From positions 1 to 24,147 of the forward strand of contig NW_021836482.1 of the NCBI RefSeq assembly GCF_006345805.1: a DNA stretch of 24,147 bases. Reading direction: 5' to 3'. The DNA is from Octopus sinensis. Taxonomy: Eukaryota. This document shows, piece after piece, positions 1 through 11,302 of this stretch. Within the stretch, counting starts at the first letter, position 1, and each line of letters begins with the position of its first letter. The notes under the pieces are model-generated. The model did not search any database. It had not been told where the DNA came from and saw only the letters and a program-made list of their open reading frames with translations. The translations under genes were made by a program, and so were the position numbers.

Positions 1-353
1 CCCTCGTAGTTAAGAATCCTGATTATTTTGTTTTAAATATTAGATGACCAATTCTTTCATCTCACGCATGATTTACGCTGTGCTCTGAGCTTATTCTAAA
101 TGTATGTTGATTTATAGAATGTCTACAGCTTTATACTGAAACCGCAGTCATGGTTTCAGTATAACAGGTATTATATAATGGGTGCCAGAAAGTTCAATAG
201 CTCACATTCAGTAACTCACGGTGCTTGGTAGTTTCATCTTCGTTGTGAATGTTCAAACGGAGAGCTTTATTAGAATGGAAGTGATGCTTATATAGTTCAG
301 AAATATAAGTGTGTGTATGTATGTGTGTTATAACAAATACACATATGAATGTC

Positions 354-398
<45 letters not shown>

Positions 399-606
399 GA
401 TGGGTGAATGAATTATTCTATGTTTACTGTTAACATGGAAAATTCAATGAACCGTTACCAGGGTAGCAAATTCACGTCAGAAACTCGGTTGAAGCGACCT
501 ATCCAAAGGTAGAAACTCCGGGTTACTGTGCAGTAATTTGTGTGTTTCAGATGAATAAATAAATAAATAAAGGGAGTTGAACGAAGATGTTAATAAAATT
601 CCTTTA

Positions 607-688
607 CTTTCGATATATGTTTCGAAGACAGCATGGTTTTATTCCAAAGGAATAAACGGTGTAAGATGCAATCTGCTCATCAGGAAAG
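607..688 (-). ncRNA. Antisense copy of the same hammerhead with a weakened helix III (GUC changed to AUC)
   Basis: The minus strand reads CUUUC CUGAUGA GCAGAU...GUCUUC GAAAC AUAU AUC GAAAG. The C15.2-G16.2 pair is lost and helix II has a mismatch. Confidence 0.65.
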
Positions 689-747
689 ATCATGTAGGCA
701 GCCATCGTAAATGTTATAATGTCTTGTTGTTGAGAGAGGCTCTCTTT

Positions 748-829
748 CTTTCCTGATGAGAAGATTGCATATTACACCGATTATTCCTTTGGAATAAAAC
801 CAAGTTGTCTTCGAAACATATGTCGAAAG
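748..829 (+). ncRNA. Type I hammerhead ribozyme with intact core (Penelope pLTR / retrozyme-like)
   Basis: Helix I CUUUC (748-752) pairs with GAAAG (825-829). Core CUGAUGA at 753-759. Helix II GAAGAU (760-765) pairs with GUCUUC (807-812). GAAAC at 813-817, loop AUAU, then GUC (822-824), with predicted cleavage after C824. Confidence 0.8.
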
Positions 830-905
830 TAAACGAATTTTATTAACATCTTCGTTCAACTCCATTTATTTATTTATTCATCTATATATATATATATATA
901 TATAT

Positions 906-1445
906 GACCAAAATTGTCCGCACTTTCCCCATGACATATCTTTATTATTGTCACACTGCCTTCTGCGCATGTGAGCTCATATTTGGTACTCTTGTGGTCA
1001 GGTGATCGAAGATTGAGCCTCATTGCACCATTTTTCTTTCTGACTTTACGGTGTAAGCATGGCCGTTCTACTAGCAATGTGCACCAAAGAAGAACAAAGA
1101 GAAGTAATCCGATTTCTCTGATCGGAAGGTCTGTCAGGTGCTGCAATTCATCGGAGGCTTTTTAGCACAATACGGTGACAGTTGCACTACCGCGTAGAAG
1201 TAGGCATGGTTGGATTGAGAAGTTTAAAAGTGGCCAGGCAAGAGGGTGCAGGACGCTCGTCAACCTCCACCACTGACAAGATTCAGCAAGCTCGAATAAA
1301 TGGTGAACTGCTTCGCCATTATCATCTCTCGGATTACTGTTCTTTGGTCTTCGGTGCACATTCCTTGCGGAGCGTCCATGTTTACACTATAAAGCCAGAA
1401 AGAAAAATAGTGCGATCAGGGTCAAACTTTGATCACGTGACCACA
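906..1445 (+). mobile_element. Mariner-derived relic: 5' transposase fragment (+) joined to an internally deleted 5' fragment of the same family (-)
   Basis: From ATG 1059, across frameshifts and a stop: MAVLLAMCTKEEQREVIRFL*SEGLSGAAIHRRL..QYGD..WIEKFKSG..EGAGRSSTSTTDKIQQAR. This matches the mariner N-terminal HTH and linker. 1329-1445 is an inverted, diverged copy of 993-1112. Confidence 0.8.
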
Positions 1446-1446
1446 A

Positions 1447-1503
1447 TGTATGTATGTATGTATTTATGTATGTATGTATTTATGTATTTATGCATGTATG
1501 TAC
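1447..1503. repeat. (TATG)n microsatellite
   Basis: Seen directly in the sequence. Confidence 0.9.
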
Positions 1504-1785
1504 ATGATATTTGATAAATTATGGGTGTAATGTGTACAATAGCTGTTCTCTGGTCAAGAACCAAAAAGAAAAATCCGTGGGTTTACTGCTCTCTTATTTC
1601 ACATCCTCGTTTGTCGGCCAATTATCTTACCTGACAATCGATCTCCACTCTCCCACCCCACACTTTGTCAGCAATCAACTTCTACAGCAATCGATCTGTC
1701 CGACAGATTACACCTTCATGTCAGGTTTACCTTTCATGTTTTCCGTGAGTACATGGGTACGGAATTGTGTAACTATGTAACTACT

Positions 1786-1980
1786 AGTGTGTGTGTGTAA
1801 TGTGTGTGTGTGTGTGACTGTGTGAGTGAGTGTGTGTGTGCGAGTGAATGTGTGTGTGACCGTGTGTGTGCAGGCGCATGTGTATGATTGAGTGTGTGTG
1901 AGTGAATGTGTGTGTGTGTGCGCGCGCGTGACTGTGTGTGTGAGTGTGTGTGCTTTTTTGTGTCTTAATATGTGTGTGTT
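1786..1980. repeat. Degenerate (TG)n microsatellite
   Basis: Seen directly in the sequence. Confidence 0.9.
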
Positions 1981-2100
1981 CGAGGATTTGCTTTCTAATC
2001 TTGCCTAAATATAGGATCTGATTTTATTAATGATAATTAAATTATTAGTGTTGCTATTGTTGTCAGTAATATCATAGTGCTAGTTTATTACACTACTATC

Positions 2101-2102
<2 letters not shown>

Positions 2103-2137
<35 letters not shown>
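2103..2137. repeat. (ATT)n microsatellite
   Basis: Seen directly in the sequence. Confidence 0.95.
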
Positions 2138-2619
2138 GCAGCATCTTTACTAATGACGTCTTGGATTACTCTGTGACACCTTCCTGACAATAATACCAGT
2201 TAATGCCCCTCAATGCCACTCTTTAACTCTATTTAGAACTAACTGGGGTTAAGAGACGCAGCAGTTTCTTGTTCTCCTTCAAACCATAATAAATTCATAT
2301 GAGATAATGCAAATGCAATGTGTGTGGGAATAGTCTCCCTTGACCAACTTGGAGTGAAATCAGAGCAACGACTGACGCTGAACAACATTGGACACCACAA
2401 TACAGAATAAGTTCGTAGAGAGAAGAAGATGTCTTAGGCGCTGGTCCCTCCCTATTTCCCCTTTTCTGTTATATACTCTGTTGCTGGATAATTTTACTGG
2501 GCTCTAGTAGTCATTTTTACGAGTTTTCGTTATTAATTATTTAAGTAACGTCAAATACAAACAATTATCATCTCAATCTAGCTTACATATATTTGTATGT
2601 TGTCTAGCATGCATAAACA

Positions 2620-2724
2620 CACACATACATACATACATACATACATACATACATAATCCATACATACATGCACACATACATACATACATACATACATACA
2701 TACATACATACATACATACATACA
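2620..2724. repeat. (CATA)n microsatellite
   Basis: Seen directly in the sequence. Confidence 0.95.
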
Positions 2725-3420
2725 AACCCGTCGGAAGGATAACTCCGAAGACAAAGAAATAAGAACCCACAGTATGGTAGAAGCCATAATAAAAAGGAGT
2801 ACTGGCGGAATGTCCCAGGGAAAACCTCAATAAGACGTAAACATAATAATAGACCTGACATAGTAATTTGGGATCAAAGAAGAGAAACTGTGTACAGTGG
2901 TGGGAATCGGTTTCCCAGCAGATGTTAGCATGAAGCCTAAGATCAGAGAAAAGGAAAAAACCTACGCTGAACTATTTGGAAATTTGCAGTTACTCTATCT
3001 CGATTACAAGTTCAGGTTTATGCCTGTAAGTATTGGGGCCCTGGGATATGAAACACATTAGCTTCTTAAAACCAGAAAGGAAAAAGCTAATTCCAAGAGT
3101 ACAGATCTAATCCATCACTGGAACTGTAAAAATCTGTAAAACTTCCCAAAGTTTATCATTTAAATATATATGAGCATGTCCGGATATGCAACTATATGCA
3201 TGAGAAGACATACATAAAGCAAAACATACAAATTTGCACATATACATACATACATACATACATACATACATACATACATACATACATACATACATACATA
3301 CATACATACAAACAAAAATACCCTGTTGTTGATGTTGAAATTCCACTGACGGAGCCTTGGATCTCGGTTAGAAACTGGTTCTTTTTCTATTGGTTAGAAA
3401 TCTTGAAATAAACTGAATAA
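2725..3420 (+). mobile_element. 3' fragment of an RLE-type non-LTR retrotransposon (R2/R4/NeSL group) with probable 3' UTR
   Basis: Frameshifted translation of ~2790-3160: KEYWRNVP..NRPDIVIWD..EKLCTVVGIGFPADVSMKPKIREKEKTYAELFGNLQLLYLDYKFRFMPVSIGALG..GTVKICKT. This fits the restriction-like endonuclease C-terminus (RPD, EK..KY, PV.IGALG). The extent of the 3' UTR is inferred. Confidence 0.8.
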
Positions 3421-3942
3421 CATACATAAATACATACATAATAACATACATAAATACATACATACACCACAATGTGAATAGACGTGCAGTTTGGCTACCA
3501 AGCAACTGACAGAGCCATAGTTCATTTCCTGACAAAGGCACTATGTGAGTGCCCATAATCCAGAGAAATCAGTCGCTAAGAACTCCTGGTACCAGTTACT
3601 GAGTGGGGGAGCGTTATCTCTTTGCTGTAAAACTGATAAGGAGCAATTCATACTTCTCGTTATTTTACTGAGTATCTGGAGAAATTACTCGCGTACTCTA
3701 AGACTCAGACTGGATCACAGTCTAATTAAACCATTTTATCTGGAATCAAGTTCGTGCTTCCAATTCTGTGGACTTATTCTTGAGTAAATGCCAAGTCGTC
3801 ATTCAACTCAACACATCGGTCTTTTAATTACCATCATAGCATTCTTCGCATTTCCAAGTGTTATTCATTACCTCCAGTTGAATAGGGCGCTCTTTCTACA
3901 GATCCCAAGTTTCCCCCATGTAATATCCTACAATGCACAAAA

Positions 3943-4317
3943 CCACATTTCCGGGGGTGACGCTCGAGGCAAGTCTTCCAGAAACGATATTTTGAAGCGC
4001 CCGTGCCACTCGAAACATTACCTGATAGCCATTGCCTCGTCACCGTAATCTTGCTGAAGCATGCTCAATGTCTCTGCAGCAGACTTCCTAGGTTTATAGC
4101 AAAATTTCACGTTGGCTCTTTATTCCTGTCCATGACAAAATCGCAGACTACAGCATACACACGTGATCACAAAAGTACAAAATTCACAACATGTGAAGTA
4201 AACACAGCAACGTCACTCGACACACTATCTCATGGAGGTCACTGCGCTCGCAACTGTGTGCTGCCATCTGTTGGCGCGCTACAGAACTAGTCCGGGAACT
4301 TTTCCATAGCACCTGTA
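3943..4317 (-). mobile_element. Mariner 5' end: TIR, leader and transposase N-terminal pseudogene fragment
   Basis: The minus strand starts TA-CAGGTGCTATGGAAAAGTTCCCGGACT, a mariner-like TIR with TA target. From ATG 4133: MDRNKE..ANVKFCYKPRKSAAETLSMLQQDYGDEAMAIR*CFEWHGRFK..LED. Confidence 0.85.
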
Positions 4318-5106
4318 GACAGAGAAACAAGAAACTGCTGGGGGCAGAAACGAACTCGTGACGAAAAGTTTGTAGCGCAGCACCATCGTATTATACGTCT
4401 GACTATTACACAAATTAGTAAATGATATCATATGTATTACACAACAAATAATGGTATACACACATATCTGCGTCCATATATATACATATAATATATATAT
4501 ATATATATATGAATATATATGTCTATATATATGTATATATATATACACATATACATTTGTATGCATACATATGTCTATATATATGTATATATACATACAT
4601 ATATACATTTGCATGCATACACATCATTAACACACTTATACGCACACAAATAATGACATATAGTTTTAATTGTATTTAGGAGAGTTTAGCACAAGAACGT
4701 GGTGCCAGTAAAGTAGAATTCAAGTCCAGCCCAAGACGCGATTCTTTGATTAATGTCCAAACTAATGACGGAATAAAAGACCCTCAGCTAAAGTTGATGG
4801 CGGTGTAATTACTGAATTGACATTAAATAGCACACGTTCGTCTCGCTTCGATTTACTTCACTTGAAACGTATTTCTTGGCTGGCAATATCTGCCGAGGTA
4901 GGCATCTATTTACGTATATCAAAATGTGTATACAGATATACATACATATATACACATGTGTGTGTATATGTATATATATTATATATATATATATATATAA
5001 TATATATATATATAATATATATATAATTATTATTATTATTATATTATTACTATATGATACTCACACACACACACACACCACACACACACACATACACACA
5101 TTTATA

Positions 5107-5488
5107 GGCGCAGGAGTCGCGGTGTGGTAAGTAGCTTGCTTACCAACCACATAGTTCCGGGTTCAGCCCCACTGCATGCCACCTTGGGTAAGTGTCTTCT
5201 ACTAGAGCCTCGGGCCAACCAAAACCTTGTGAGTGGATTTGGTAGACGGAAACTGAAAGAGGCTCATGGTATTTATATATATGTTTGTGTGTCTGTGTTT
5301 GCCTCCCGCTATCGATGTTGGTGTGTTTACGTCCCCGTAACTTAGCGGTTCGACAAAAGAGAACGATAGAATAAGTACTAGGCTAGGCTTACAAAAAATA
5401 AGTTCTAGGGTCGATTTGTTCGACTAAAGGCGGTACTCCAGCATGGCCGCAGTCAAATGACTGAAACAAATAAAAGAATAAAAGAATA
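5107..5488 (+). mobile_element. tRNA-derived SINE, near full length (octopus-type, CORE-like centre)
   Basis: Pol III box A-like GGTGTGGTAAG and box B-like GGTTCAGCCCC, a central CACCTTGGGTAAGTGTCTTC motif, an internal TA/TG tract and an (AAAAGAAT)n tail. A second copy lies inverted at 22193-22632. Confidence 0.85.
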
Positions 5489-6164
5489 TATATTATATTA
5501 TGATATATAGATTTATATAATATACATTTATATATATACATACATAAATATATATGTATGCCTGTGTGCATGTGTGTGTACTCTCACACCACACATATAT
5601 ATATATACACATATGCGTATATACATCTATAGATCTGTTTAGGCATTTGTGTGTGTCTGTATGGTGTGTATATATATAGATGTTTAGAAGATATTATAAA
5701 TAAATGTATGCACGGATGTGCATGCTTGTTTGCACACGTTGTGTTCTTATAAGCGCAGAAATAAATCTATTTACACACACGCGCACGTGTGTATGAGAAT
5801 GTACATGTATATGTGTACGTGTGTGTGTGTGTGTGTGTGTGGTGTGTGTGTGTGTGTTTCTATGTGTGTGTATACACGTGTTTTTGCTTCAACTTCATGT
5901 CGAAGCGTGTCTATGTTCGTGTGTGTATATCTTTGCATGAGTATATGTGGGCATATGTTTGTTTATACGTGAGTGTGTGTGTGTGTATGTGTACGCTGCC
6001 TACATTGGTGCTTGCTTTATACAAGACATCTTTAGGACGCTGGTTCGATTCCTTTTCAAGCTCCCTACCTGAAAGCTTCTATAAAGAAGCTCAAATCTTA
6101 TGAATGCTAAATTTTGTTCGACACACTGTATAAGAGCAAAGTTTCTGTTGATGAACCAACGGGG

Positions 6165-6226
6165 TAACCTCTTCTGTTGGCTCACCGTGCTAGAAATGGT
6201 AGCCAAGTCTCCCTCAAATCACAACA
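6165..6226 (-). repeat. Short dispersed repeat (GGCT(G/A)C(T/C)ATTTCTAG family), copy 1
   Basis: Its reverse complement ACTTGGCTACCATTTCTAGCACGG...AGAGG resembles 13985-14040 and 20622-20675. Confidence 0.6.
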
Positions 6227-6609
6227 TACTATTTTTATATACAGAACAATGCATTAGACAGTGTAGTCATAAGTATATGAACAAAGGAGATTGTCATGGC
6301 TGGAGTGCCTTAATTAGGTCTGGCTTGGTGTTAAATAAAAATAACAACTTACTACTTTGCCCAGGAAACACCGATTTGTAACTGGAAATTTACATAAAAT
6401 GGGATAATCAAGGTGAACAAGTTAATGATTATAAGTCTAGTTGGTCAGAATTAGCCTAGGGTTAAATGACGGCAAACGGTTACAGCACTGTAACTGAGAG
6501 ACACACAGCCACTGTGCTCTGTGATCTAAGTAGATTGATACCCGGATGAATGAAAGAATGTGTGTGTATGTACATACACATCTCCCTCGCACACACATAC
6601 ATATATATG

Positions 6610-6840
6610 TATTTCGTTACTGCCCACAAGGGGCTAAACCTAAAGGGGACAAACAAGGACAGACAAAGGGATTAAGTCGATTACGTCGACCCCAGTGCGA
6701 AACTGGTACTTAATTTATCGACCCCGAAAGGATGAAAAGCAAAGTCGACCTCGGCGGAATTTGAACTCACAACGTAACGGCAGACGAAATACCGCTAAGC
6801 ATTTCGCCCGGCGCGCTACGGTTTCTGCCAGCTCACCGCC
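6610..6840 (-). mobile_element. tRNA-derived SINE, second octopus-type family
   Basis: The minus strand starts GGCGGTGAGCTGGCAGAAACCGTAGCGCGCCGGGCGAAATGC and carries box B-like GAGTTCAAATTCCGCC, followed by TTTCATCCTTTCGGGGTCGATAAATTAAGTACCAG. From memory, this resembles the conserved central domain of Meta-type SINEs. Confidence 0.85.
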
Positions 6841-6863
6841 TTATACATATATATATGTATAAG

Positions 6864-6883
6864 GTGTGTGTGTGTGTTGTGTG

Positions 6884-6924
<41 letters not shown>

Positions 6925-6945
6925 TGTGTGTGTGAGTGTATTTGT
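6864..6945. repeat. (TG)n microsatellite
   Basis: Seen directly in the sequence. Confidence 0.95.
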
Positions 6946-7767
6946 GTAATTAGCGTGCAGCATTTCCTTTGTGCAGGTTTGTATAAACCAGACCCTCTAA
7001 ATCGTATCTACTCAAAAAACACCTTTTGATCTTGTAAAACCGGCAACGCTCCTCTCCTTCCTATACAGACACACACACACACGCACACCAACGAACACTA
7101 TGTCTAAATTACAATATGCAATATAAATGTTAATCATTGGGTGTTTTTTTCTGTCTTTGTCATTTTCGGAATCAATATTTATGGCCTACAATGAACTCAA
7201 GAGACTACCTACCCTCGTGGGTAGATCTCCAAGCGTCTATAAACCAATTTAACGTTGTTACGTTCGTTGTCTGTAACACTGGTTAGTTTTAGCCATAGTA
7301 TGTGTTCTATTGCCTACACTGAAGACACAAGGGATAGAAACCCCAACTTGGATTTCGACCTCAGCCATTTTGGTGAAGTTTAAGTTTCTTTCTTGTCAAT
7401 AATCATAATAAAGAACACGTGAAATACTGCGATGCAGAATAAAAGAAAGCAATAAAACTGGAAACGTGCTGTCTGCAAGAATTCAGTGAGAAAGTTGATC
7501 TGAGATATTATGACATTCCTTTTGTTTAATTACTGAATTCAATTAATTGTAGCTTGTAATTACATTCCCCGGGGTATATAAACTGTTTAAAGTTATAACA
7601 CTGCCGCACGCACACACACACACATGCATACACACTTACACATAGTCTCAAACACACACACACACACACACGCACACACACACACATATACGTTGCAAAA
7701 TAACAATAGAGTAACTGTAAGTATAACGTTTCTAACGGTTACAAAGATGAAATTTTATTTTTTCTTA

Positions 7768-7798
<31 letters not shown>

Positions 7799-7820
7799 GA
7801 TATATATATATATATACAGT

Positions 7821-7854
<34 letters not shown>

Positions 7855-7899
7855 TACATATACTTATGTATGTATCTTTACTTACTGTGTGTGGAGGAC

Positions 7900-8330
7900 C
7901 TTGTAAGTTGCTCGAGGTTTGATATTGCTAATATTCCGTTGAAACACATGCAAGAAAGACCTGAGCAAAGAGGAGATTCCGGAGTGACAATGTTTGGGAA
8001 GGAAGGATTGTGAATGGTAACTTGTTTTTGGAAATGGCTGTTGGGAATATTGAGGAGAGAAAGGAGTTGACTTTGGAGAGTTCAATAGGGAGGATACAGC
8101 ACCAACCAGATCCGAGAATAACAGTGACAGAGAGGACAGCATGCTCGTGTGAAAGAAGCTGGAACGTGCTTGTTTTTGATGGATTGTCAGTCAGCCGAGT
8201 GGCCATTCTCTGGATACGATTCAGGATTTCAGTAAGTACAACAGTACCACGGCTCCCAAATGAGGGCGTTACTGATAAGGAGCAAAGCGATTTACAAAGA
8301 ATTTCGGTCTCCCAAAGATGGAAAGAATGT
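7900..8330 (-). mobile_element. Decayed 3' coding fragment of a CR1/L2/Jockey-group LINE
   Basis: ORF 7928-8344(-) contains EILNRIQRMATRLTDNPSKTSTFQLLSHEHAV, resembling the post-RT motif LDRIQRKAIRLI.DP.LTS.LQ.LSHRR.V. HSQSFLPK occurs in another frame downstream. Confidence 0.6.
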
Positions 8331-9209
8331 GAAGGAACCTGCACTCTACCACAATTATCTGAGTTGTTGCCATAAATTTAAACAATTCATCATTTTATCA
8401 AACCATCACCAAAATGAAACAAATAACACATAGTTTAATAAAGAAACTATGAAATCATTTTGAAATTATCATAAATAATGCAGCCACACACCTAGAAAGC
8501 TTATCTAAAAGACCTGCCAATGAAGGAACGTTTAATGAAGCAGTCACTTATTATAATAAAGCTCGCGAGAAGAGCGGGGTCATATAAAATGCGAAATATA
8601 AATACACATACACTAACTGCAACTCCAAATATAATATATGCGCGCGCACGCGCGCACACACAAGTACACCCCTGTATATCGATACAACCATGCTTACATA
8701 CACATATATACACACACACACACACATATATATCTATATACATATATATTTATATGGATGGATATATATAAATACACATACACATACATACACACATGCA
8801 TGTATATCTTTCTATATATGTACGTGTGTGTATACATGTGTATGACGTGTAATATTTGTGTGGGGGTGGTTGTGTAGGTGGCTAATTGAAAGTTGGTATA
8901 GTTGTGATAACATTGAGAGAAGCGATGCCATTTGTAATATTGGAATACCATTATTGAATTAGAAATTCTGTCAAATCGCTTCTCTTCTCCAAAGTGTCAA
9001 AGATGGCAGCAACAAGACTAATGGATTCGTAAGAACGTGTGTGTATGTTTATGTGTGTGAGTGTTTGTGTGTGTATGTGTATGTGTGTTTGTCCGTGTGC
9101 CCACGTGTGTGTGTGCGTGTGCGCGTGTGTGTGTAATTGTATGTGTGCATGTATGTGTATACACATACGTCTGAATATGTGTGTCTACGAGTGTGTATAT
9201 GTCTATGCT

Positions 9210-9387
9210 TGTATATATATATATATATATATATATATACAAGCATAGAAATATATATAAATGTATGTATATATATATATATATATATGTATATAAATGT
9301 ATATATATATGAATATAAATGTATATATATATATACGTATATAAATATATGTATATAAATATATATATGTATATATATATGTATATA

Positions 9388-9464
<77 letters not shown>

Positions 9465-9466
9465 TA
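9210..9466. repeat. Degenerate (TA)n tract
   Basis: Seen directly in the sequence. Confidence 0.9.
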
Positions 9467-9969
9467 TGCATGTAGATATTTTGCGCGTGTATGTTGGGGT
9501 GGTTGATTCTAAAGAGAAAAGCTTTTCGAGAAAATTCCATAGATTCTACCTTAATTTCTCTTTTACTCTCACTCTCTATCTCATTTTCTTCTTCATTTCT
9601 CTCTCTCCTCTCTCTCTCTTCTCCTTCCTCTCACTCCTTCACGCACGCACCTACTCCCCCCATCACTCTCTTTATCTCTTTTTATGTTTATAAATGAATA
9701 ATTGCCATGTCTCTTATCATTACGATTCCACCGAAGACTATGTTATGGCTATGAAAGAGTATATATTGATTATCAATTAATTACGTTTATTAACATATTG
9801 ATTAGCTAAATATATGTACTGCTTTTTGCTTTTGTTATTTAGATTTCTTATCCATTTCGAATATTCTTGTTTTTCTTCTTTTTTCTTCTTTTTTCGTTCT
9901 ATTTTCCAAGTCTGGCTCGGCTGAATTAAGCCAGCAGCTACGTTGACTTTCAACAACACATACGATTTC

Positions 9970-10164
<195 letters not shown>

Positions 10165-10265
10165 GGTCTGTTGGAATGATTGATGGGGAACGGAGGCCAG
10201 AAATATAATTACACAAAACTTTCAAACTTATCGGTGTGTGTGTGTGTGTGTGTATGTGTGTGCGT

Positions 10266-10285
10266 ATATATACATATATAAATAT

Positions 10286-10329
<44 letters not shown>

Positions 10330-10435
10330 AATATACATAAAATATATATATATATACATATATATACTCATATATACATATCTACATACATATATAAATA
10401 TATATATCCATATATAGATGTACATATGTAGAGAA

Positions 10436-10502
<67 letters not shown>

Positions 10503-10530
10503 TTATATATATTATATATATATATAATTA
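10266..10530. repeat. Degenerate (TA)n tract
   Basis: Seen directly in the sequence. Confidence 0.9.
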
Positions 10531-11280
10531 TACACGCGCGCGCGTTTAATGCAAGCACTTAAATACATAAAGCAAGTATTTTTCATTGAGATCTGCTGAA
10601 AAGAATTTCAAAATTCCTTCATTAGAGCTTTGACATTAGAGCTGTCTGTGTAAAGAAAATAGAACGGAAAAGAAGAATTTTGAATATAAATCATTCGGTG
10701 TAGATATGTCCGTATTACCTTTGATCCGGGACATAATGGTTTGTTTCTTACAGATAGGCGCGTATCTCATCAAACTTTGTAATACGGTTTTATACATATG
10801 TATGTATGTATGTATGCATGTATGTATGTATGTATTGTAGGTATGTATTGTATGTATGTATTGTATGTATGTATTGTATGTATGTATGAGGCACTCCTCA
10901 GCTTTTATTAAAGCATGTCTCTAAGAGACGATCACTGATAGACTTCTGTTGTGCTCATGGCAGCGTCCTTGTCAGCGTCCTTGAAGTATGATAACTCTTT
11001 CGGCCGTCGTTTTCACGGAAGCACGCCATTTCTTTGTTTTATCCACCGCAAAGATCGACGAACAGAGGAGATACACTGCAAAACAATGACCCACCCACAC
11101 ACGTGGCAGTACGACTCCACTCGACAATACCTGAGGGTCGTATCAAGCGGTTTTAGCAGTGGAAATCTGAATTACAACTGACCTGCCCCACAGAGAACTT
11201 TTGAAGATTCCCTCGCAGAAATGGATATGCAGGGAATGGCACCGAACATTTTGGGAATCTTTTGCTTGCGGTTCAGATCG

Positions 11281-11302
11281 TTAGGGTTAGGGTTAGGGTT
11301 AG
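11281..11302 (+). repeat. Short interstitial telomeric repeat (TTAGGG)3 TTAG
   Basis: Sequence ttagggttagggttagggttag. Confidence 0.85.

Larger units (their letters stand above)
549..883. repeat. Foldback: ~135-140 bp inverted arms (549-689 / 747-883) with a 57 bp spacer
   Basis: The reverse complement of 747-883 matches 549-689 with 7 substitutions and one 4-nt indel by manual alignment. Confidence 0.95.

Noticed and set aside
3540-3700. Minus-strand LQQRDNAPP..QEFLATDFSGLW, reminiscent of a Tc1/mariner-type QQDGAPPH region
   Set aside because: The match is short, and the expected downstream SPDL motif is absent.
5995-6105. Short plausible-looking frames (AYIGACFIQDIFRTLVRFLFK)
   Set aside because: No recognisable domain and no convincing splice-site pair.
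7310-7350. CUGAAGA...GAAAC hammerhead-like spacing
   Set aside because: No G10.1-C11.1 pair, no helix II, no UH triplet and no helix I.
9870-9950. Polypyrimidine tract ending in CAAG, a possible splice acceptor
   Set aside because: All three frames stop within ~12 codons and no donor follows.
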